Assembly (NCBI GenBank): GCA_040220235.1
Contig: JAVJTO010000097.1
Length of the DNA stretch: 44,526 nucleotides
DNA from: Coleofasciculus sp. B1-GNL1-01
Lineage (GTDB): Bacteria > Cyanobacteriota > Cyanobacteriia > Cyanobacteriales > Coleofasciculaceae
Strand: one strand, 5' to 3'
Numbering within the stretch: the first letter of the stretch is position 1; each line of letters begins with the position of its first letter. Shown in pieces: positions 38,743-44,526 of this stretch. The notes under the pieces are model-generated. The model ran no database searches. It saw nothing but the letters and a program-made list of their open reading frames with translations, and had not been told where the DNA came from. The position numbers and the translations under genes are program-made.

Positions 38743-39000
38743 ATGATGAAAATTTTATTAATTTGGCTGATTCGAGCCTACAGAACTTTAATTTCCCCTA
38801 TCTTTCCGCCAACCTGTCGATTTCATCCAACCTGTTCAACCTATGCCCTACAAGCCATTGAACGCTTTGGACCGTGGCGTGGGAGTATCCTCGCACTGCG
38901 GCGCATCTTACGCTGTCATCCATTTCATCCAGGCGGTTATGATCCGATTCCGGACGCAACTCCCAAGGATGAGAGGGAAGCTGGGGGAGCCGATCTGTAG
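38743..39000 (+). CDS. yidD: Membrane protein insertion efficiency factor YidD
   Basis: [11 protein letters not shown]...[15 protein letters not shown]. Start at ATG 38743 or 38746. Confidence 0.92.
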   Translation: MMKILLIWLIRAYRTLISPIFPPTCRFHPTCSTYALQAIERFGPWRGSILALRRILRCHPFHPGGYDPIPDATPKDEREAGGADL

Positions 39001-39613
39001 GGGCGGGTTTTACAGATAACGTTTTGGCACACACTGATAACTTATAGCAGTAGACATATCGATTAGGACTTTCGGCACCATTGTAGAGACGTTGCATGCA
39101 ACGTCTCTACTCGCGCCCGCCCAGTTGTAGAGGTGAGTTTTACAGATTTCGCCAAGAGAGATAAATCCGCTAAATCGCGTATTAAGATTCATTACTATTG
39201 CTGAGGAAATTACGTAAGTAGAAATACACAATAGTAGTTAAGCACATACGACTTATCAAGGACTTACGCCATTGAGTTATCTAAGCAGTATCTCCGTGTC
39301 GAAACGTAAGTCCTTTTTCTTTATAGGTCTTACCCTGACAGTCTGTCTTCTTTGATTAATTTAACATTTATTTACAAAAGTACACAAATTTCTCCGTGAT
39401 TCTACGGTGATACAAATGAACTAGCTAGCAAAGTTCCGGAAATATACGGATTATTTCGCTCTTTGAGTTGGATATGTTCTAAGAGGAAACACTGTATTCT
39501 TTAGCCCCTGAGCGCTTGTTCTGACGGTCAGGGGATTTCTTGTACGTGTTTTGAGTCATTAGTCGGATGGCAATGCTAGAAAACAAAGGACTGATGACTA
39601 AAGACAAAGAACA

Positions 39614-40318
39614 ATGAAACCCTATTACCAGATTCCGATTCGAGACTGTGGAGAACCCCTCGTTCCCATACCCTTGGAGCGGTTCGCCGTGGAATCCCTT
39701 CATCCTTATGAAAAACTGGGCGCTCCTTACGGGAAGACATCGCCCTACCATTTGCGCCAGACGGTGTTAGAGGCATTAATCACAGCTCAAACTTACCTGC
39801 AACAGCGATGTCCGGGTTGGCGTATCCTGATTTTTGATGCCTATCGTCCTGTAGCGGTTCAGGAATTTATGGTCAACCATACCTTTGCAGAAGTGGTGCG
39901 ATCGCAAAACCTAAACCCAGCGACTCTATCGGAAACTGAACGCCAGATGATCTGGCAGCAAGTTTATCAAATCTGGGCGTTACCGAGTCCTGACCCCTTA
40001 ACCCCACCGCCTCATAGTACGGGTGCTGCCGTAGATATTACACTCGTCAATGAGAAGAATGAGACGATTGACATGGGTTCAGCGATTGACGAACTCTCCC
40101 CCCGATCTGAGCCAGATTACTACGCCCAGGAGTTACACCTCCCCTATCATGCCCATCGGCAATTGTTACGGGATATCATGCAAAAGGCAGGATTTCAGCG
40201 TCATCCAGGGGAGTGGTGGCATTTCTGCTGCGGCGATCAGATGTGGGCGTGGTTGTGCCATCAACAGAACCCAAGCCAGAGGTTTATCGCTCGTTATGGT
40301 CGAGTGGCTGATGATTAA
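39614..40318 (+). CDS. D-alanyl-D-alanine dipeptidase (M15D, VanX/DdpX family)
   Basis: DAYRP, PPHSTGAAVDITL, DMGS, EWWHF. Confidence 0.9.
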   Translation: MKPYYQIPIRDCGEPLVPIPLERFAVESLHPYEKLGAPYGKTSPYHLRQTVLEALITAQTYLQQRCPGWRILIFDAYRPVAVQEFMVNHTFAEVVRSQNLNPATLSETERQMIWQQVYQIWALPSPDPLTPPPHSTGAAVDITLVNEKNETIDMGSAIDELSPRSEPDYYAQELHLPYHAHRQLLRDIMQKAGFQRHPGEWWHFCCGDQMWAWLCHQQNPSQRFIARYGRVADD

Positions 40319-40450
40319 GAACAAGGCAGAGGGCAGAAGGTTCTAAGGAAAAAGTAACCCAACTATCAAGGGGGTAACAAAAGCGGATTTGGTATTAATC
40401 TGAGTAAAGACGATTTTTTTGTCTGTCGATCACTCCCATCTGAACAGGTT

Positions 40451-40825
40451 ATGGTTGCACCGAAACAAGTTTATGTTCTCTTATTCAATGCTCGTAGCGA
40501 AAACGAGGGGATTCACACCCTGCAAATCGGCGATCGCAATGTGGTGTTGATGTTTGAGTCAGAGGATGACGCCATCCGTTTTGGCGGGATGCTGGAAGCC
40601 CAGGATTTCCCCAATCCCTCTGTGGAAGCGCTGGAGATTGAGGAAATTGAAGAATTCTGCCAAAGTGCGGGCTATGAGTGCCAACTCGTTGAAACCGGGA
40701 TGTTGGCATTACCGCCAGAAACAAATGTGGAAAAAACAGACTGGCAACCTGATGCGACGCCAACTCAAGAACCAGAGATGTCTGATCTGGATCGAATTCG
40801 CCGTCAACTAGAGGGATTGTTGTAA
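40451..40825 (+). CDS. DUF3110-family protein
   Basis: VYVLLFNA..ENEGIHT, VLMFESEDDA.RF, LEAQDFP, IRRQLEGLL. Confidence 0.8.
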   Translation: MVAPKQVYVLLFNARSENEGIHTLQIGDRNVVLMFESEDDAIRFGGMLEAQDFPNPSVEALEIEEIEEFCQSAGYECQLVETGMLALPPETNVEKTDWQPDATPTQEPEMSDLDRIRRQLEGLL

Positions 40826-40854
40826 GGTGAGAAAATTCCAAGTTAACGGTGGCG

Positions 40855-40901
40855 ATTGTCATTTGTCATTTGTCATTTGTCATTTGTCATTCGTCATTCG
40901 T
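40855..40901. repeat. Heptamer STRR tract (T(T/C)GTCAT)n
   Basis: About 6 units. Related tracts lie at about 37276-37305 (GAATGAC) and 3851-3878 (CAATGAC). Confidence 0.8.
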
Positions 40902-40963
40902 AAGAGTTTGAGGAATATTGACAGAACTTAATGTAGTTCGGAAATACACTTACAATCAATCAG

Positions 40964-41887
40964 ATGAAAAAGTTGGAGGAACGAGGTTATCTGCTAACGG
41001 AACAGGTAAACCCTCAAAGTCAAAATCTCGATCAGCTTACCTCGCTAGAGTTAGTGGATTTGTTTAATCGCGAGGATGAGAAAACGATTCGGGCGATCGC
41101 CGCCGTTAGAACTCAACTGGCACAAGCGATTGATCGGACGGCGCAAGCCCTGAAACAAGGGGGGCGTCTCTTTTATATCGGTGCAGGGACTAGCGGACGC
41201 TTAGGGGTACTGGATGCGGCTGAATGTCCTCCCACCTTTTGTACACCCCCTGAACTGGTACAAGGCGTTATCGCTGGCGGTGCTGGGGCGTTAATCCGGA
41301 GTTCAGAAAACTTGGAAGATAGGGAAGAAGATGGCATCGAAGCGATCGCGCACCGCCAGGTGACGGAACTGGATGTCGTGGTTGGCATTACCGCAGGTGG
41401 GACAACACCCTATGTGCGTGGGGCATTGCAAGCGGCACGACAACGCGGCGCTACGACAATTTTGCTTGCCTGTGTCCCCGCTGAACAAGTCAGTTATGAG
41501 GTAGATTTAGATATTCGCTTACTCGTGGGTCCAGAAATTCTCGCGGGTTCAACACGCTTAAAAGCCGGAACTGTGACCAAAATGGTATTGAATATCCTGT
41601 CTACGGGTGTGATGGTGCAACTCGGCAAAGTCTACGGCAATCGCATGGTTGATGTCGCCGTCACCAATAAAAAACTCCATGACCGTGCTTTAAGAATTCT
41701 ACAAGACCTGACTGACCTGAGCCGAGACGAAGCCGGATTTTTACTCGAACGCAGCGGACGCCGGGTGAAACTGGCACTGCTGATGCATTGGACAGGAGAA
41801 GATGCCCCCGTCTGCGATCGCCTGTTGAGTCAACAGCAAGGCAATCTCAGACAAGCGTTACTCAGCTATCAAAAAAGTGGGGAGTGA
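40964..41887 (+). CDS. murQ: N-acetylmuramic acid 6-phosphate etherase
   Basis: LTEQVNP, GAGTSGRLGVLDAAECPPTF, GPEILAGSTRLKAGT. Confidence 0.96.
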   Translation: MKKLEERGYLLTEQVNPQSQNLDQLTSLELVDLFNREDEKTIRAIAAVRTQLAQAIDRTAQALKQGGRLFYIGAGTSGRLGVLDAAECPPTFCTPPELVQGVIAGGAGALIRSSENLEDREEDGIEAIAHRQVTELDVVVGITAGGTTPYVRGALQAARQRGATTILLACVPAEQVSYEVDLDIRLLVGPEILAGSTRLKAGTVTKMVLNILSTGVMVQLGKVYGNRMVDVAVTNKKLHDRALRILQDLTDLSRDEAGFLLERSGRRVKLALLMHWTGEDAPVCDRLLSQQQGNLRQALLSYQKSGE

Positions 41888-41969
41888 TTTGTCAACAGCG
41901 ACTTTCCGCAGCTTCCCTACTCAGCTACAGTAGAACTATTGGCTTTTGCTGCTACAAGTTTCATTAAAC

Positions 41970-43505
41970 ATGTTCAACGGATCAGAGACGACTGCAACAG
42001 TTTTACTTCTCCTTGTCGCCCTTGGTGTCATCGGTTGGGGATATAGGCGTGCCAGAACTTACGGTAGACTCGGCATACTCGCCTGGTTGCAGTCCCTGGT
42101 GTTGACGGTTCCCTGGCTGATATTTTTTGTCCTATTGGCTGGCGGAATTTATCTGAATATTGTTGGTATCTTATTTTTATTAGTGGTTTCAACCGGGATC
42201 TATATTTTCCTCGGCAAACGGTTGCGGGAAGAAGGTCAAGATGCCGTCTTGCAAAAGCGTGCCAACCAGTTACTCCATGAGAAATCTGATACCAACGACA
42301 GTCAAAATGTGTCACCGCCAGAAGACACCTCAGCAACCGCCCCATCACCAGAGAGTAGTGGTCCCGCCGGGACTGAAGTAATCCCCATTTCGCCAGAAGA
42401 TCTGAAGACTATCCAGGGAATTTTTGGTATCGATACATTTTTTGCCACAGAAACCATTCCCTATCAGGAAGGGGTGATATTTAAGGGGAATCTGCGTGGC
42501 GGTGAGCCTGAGGCGGTGCATTCCCGTTTATCTGCCAGTTTAGAACAACGGTTGGATGACCGCTACCGACTCTTTTTAGTTGAAGATCCCGAAGGAAAAC
42601 CCGTGGTGATTATTCTCCCCAGTAGTAATGATCCCCAACCGCTAACGATTCCCCAGAAAATTTTGGCAGGAGTCTTGCTGGTGGCTACCATTGTTACTAG
42701 CTTAGAAGCGGCTGGATTTTTGCTCAATTTTGATTTGTTTACCGCACCTGAACGGGTGAAGGAAACCTTGCCCTTAGGTTTGGGAATTTGCACAGTTTTG
42801 GCAGTTCACGAACTTGGTCATTGGTGGGCAGCACGGCGTCATCAGGTTCGCCTGAGTTTCCCATTTTTTATTCCCAGTTTACAAATTGGTTCCTTTGGGG
42901 CAATTACCCGCTTTGAATCATTGGTTCCTAATCGTAAAGCTTTGTTCGACATTTCCTTAGCTGGACCGGCGGCGGGTGGGATTGCGTCTGTTTTCCTACT
43001 GTTGTTGGGCTTAGTTTTGTCTCATCAAGGCAGTACCTTTCAGGTTCCGGCGCAATTTTTCCAAGGTTCGGTTTTGGTTGGTGGGTTAGCCCGGATTATT
43101 TTGGGGAATTCTCTGCAAGCACCCCTTGTTGACGTTCACCCCTTAACGATTATGGGTTGGCTGGGGTTAGTGATTAGTGCGTTGAATTTAATGCCAGCCG
43201 GACAGTTAGATGGGGGGCGGGTTGTTCAGGCTATCTATGGACGCAAAACGGCTCGCCGCACGACGATTGCAACGTTGGTTATCTTGGGAATTGTGGCATT
43301 AGCAAATCCCTCTAATCCATTGATTTTGTATTGGGCAATTATCATTTTGTTTTTGCAGCGTTCTTTGGAGCGTCCGAGTCTCAATGAAATTACCGAACCG
43401 GATGATACGAGAGCCATTTTAGGCTTAGTGGCGCTATTTTTAATGGTGGCAACATTGATTCCCTTCACGCCAGCGTTAGCGGTGCGTTTGGGTATTGGTA
43501 GTTAA
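41970..43505 (+). CDS. Site-2 protease (M50) family intramembrane metalloprotease
   Basis: HELGH, AGPAAG, NLMPAGQLDGG. Start taken at ATG 41970. Confidence 0.9.
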   Translation: MFNGSETTATVLLLLVALGVIGWGYRRARTYGRLGILAWLQSLVLTVPWLIFFVLLAGGIYLNIVGILFLLVVSTGIYIFLGKRLREEGQDAVLQKRANQLLHEKSDTNDSQNVSPPEDTSATAPSPESSGPAGTEVIPISPEDLKTIQGIFGIDTFFATETIPYQEGVIFKGNLRGGEPEAVHSRLSASLEQRLDDRYRLFLVEDPEGKPVVIILPSSNDPQPLTIPQKILAGVLLVATIVTSLEAAGFLLNFDLFTAPERVKETLPLGLGICTVLAVHELGHWWAARRHQVRLSFPFFIPSLQIGSFGAITRFESLVPNRKALFDISLAGPAAGGIASVFLLLLGLVLSHQGSTFQVPAQFFQGSVLVGGLARIILGNSLQAPLVDVHPLTIMGWLGLVISALNLMPAGQLDGGRVVQAIYGRKTARRTTIATLVILGIVALANPSNPLILYWAIIILFLQRSLERPSLNEITEPDDTRAILGLVALFLMVATLIPFTPALAVRLGIGS

Positions 43506-43647
43506 GGTAGGGGGAGTAGGGGGAGTAGGGGGAGCTGGGGGAGAAAAAATTAAATTAGTGTTCCCTGTTCCCTGTTCCTTAATTTCAACCATCAACTTTA
43601 ATGAAAGTCCGACTACTTATTATATTTTTTGTTCCAAAGTTGCAGCA

Positions 43648-44115
43648 ATGGCAATTGAAATTGAACGGAAATTTTTAGTTAAAGGCGATCAATGGCGCAC
43701 CCTGAGTCAAGGAATGCTCTATCGTCAAGGTTATATTGCTACCCAAAACCTAACGACGGTTCGAGTGCGTTTAGTTGGAGATCAAGGCTATCTGACGATT
43801 AAAGGGAAAACCGATAATTTTTCTAGAGTTGAGTACGAGTATCCTATTCCTGGATCAGATGCTCAAGAAATGCTAGAGACATTGTGCGATCGCCCTTTGA
43901 TTGAAAAAACGCGCTATAGGATTGAGGATAAGAAATTAGTTTGGGAAGTGGATGAGTTTATCGGTGAGAATGAAGGATTGATTATTGCCGAAGTCGAACT
44001 AACTGATGAAAATCAAGATGTAGAGTTACCCAATTGGATTGGTCAAGAAGTAACTGGAGATCCTAACTATTACAATGCTAATTTAGTCCGGCATCCATTT
44101 AGTCAGTGGTCATAA
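43648..44115 (+). CDS. CYTH domain protein
   Basis: EIERKFLV, VRVR, EKTRY, WEVDEF, AEVEL. Start taken at ATG 43648. Confidence 0.92.
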   Translation: MAIEIERKFLVKGDQWRTLSQGMLYRQGYIATQNLTTVRVRLVGDQGYLTIKGKTDNFSRVEYEYPIPGSDAQEMLETLCDRPLIEKTRYRIEDKKLVWEVDEFIGENEGLIIAEVELTDENQDVELPNWIGQEVTGDPNYYNANLVRHPFSQWS

Positions 44116-44273
44116 ATGTAGGGGCGGGTTTAGGGACTCAATTCACATATTCCCCCATAACTTAACAACAAAACCCGCCCTGCCTCACCCATAAATTTAT
44201 ATGATGTCCGGCTTTCTCACCCCTAATACAGCAGTTTGCTCTGCTATGCGGTACATTGTCGATCCCCCTAAAT

Positions 44274-44380
44274 CCCCGTGCAATAAAAGCGAAGCATCCT
44301 CTGGTTTCCCCATGCAATAAAAGCGAAGCATCCGCTGGCTTCCCCCTGCCAAAAAAGCGAAGCATCCTTTGGCTTCCCCC
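44274..44380. repeat. 34-bp tandem repeat x3 (TGC.A.AAAAGCGAAGCATCC..TGG.TTCCCC)
   Basis: Units in register at 44281, 44315 and 44349. Confidence 0.85.
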
Positions 44381-44526
44381 TTTTGAAGGCAGGGCTAATT
44401 CATTGTGATGAGAGAAAATTAGGGCAACCAGGACTATTCATACCAAATCCGATTGCGAGAACCACCTTATAAATTAGAACAGCAAAATGCCATCAACAAT
44501 GTTACATAAGGCTTTTACCGTTTTCA

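Noticed and set aside
1..44526. Complete DGR cassette (RT and TR) within the window
   Set aside because: No RT motifs and no second copy of the VR sequence were seen by eye.

Overview
This is a 44.5-kb region of a filamentous cyanobacterial chromosome, inferred from frequent HIP1 GCGATCGC octamers, heptamer STRR tracts and cyanobacterial-type genes. Two accessory conflict/defence loci sit among housekeeping genes. (1) 441-9610 (minus strand) is a five-gene vWA-MoxR-VMAP ternary system: unknown protein, CHAT/caspase-like protease with a C-terminal EAD-like domain, VMAP with a matching N-terminal EAD-like domain, MoxR ATPase, and a vWA + HTH-like insert + FGE-sulfatase/CLec protein. The 3' end of the last gene has the codon signature of a diversity-generating-retroelement variable region, although no RT or TR was seen in the window. 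The locus is bounded by two unannotated gene remnants, a trpB2 3' end and a four-helix-bundle 3' end. (2) 26850-34203 (plus strand) is an intact pPIWI_RE three-gene island: MerR/IS607-like HTH fused to a PD-(D/E)XK nuclease, a DinG-like helicase, and PIWI-RE with a charged repeat insert. Other genes include an atypical MetRS2-like metG, a DevA-type ABC ATPase, a giant haemagglutinin-CHAT protein, an HDAC-family deacetylase, a CcaS/CcaR-like green/red photosensory pair, a TM0106 nuclease, a phytol-kinase-like gene, yidD, a D-Ala-D-Ala dipeptidase, murQ, an M50 protease and a CYTH protein. MITEs, REP-like elements and tandem repeats are common in the intergenic DNA. All family assignments come from motif recognition, not database searches.
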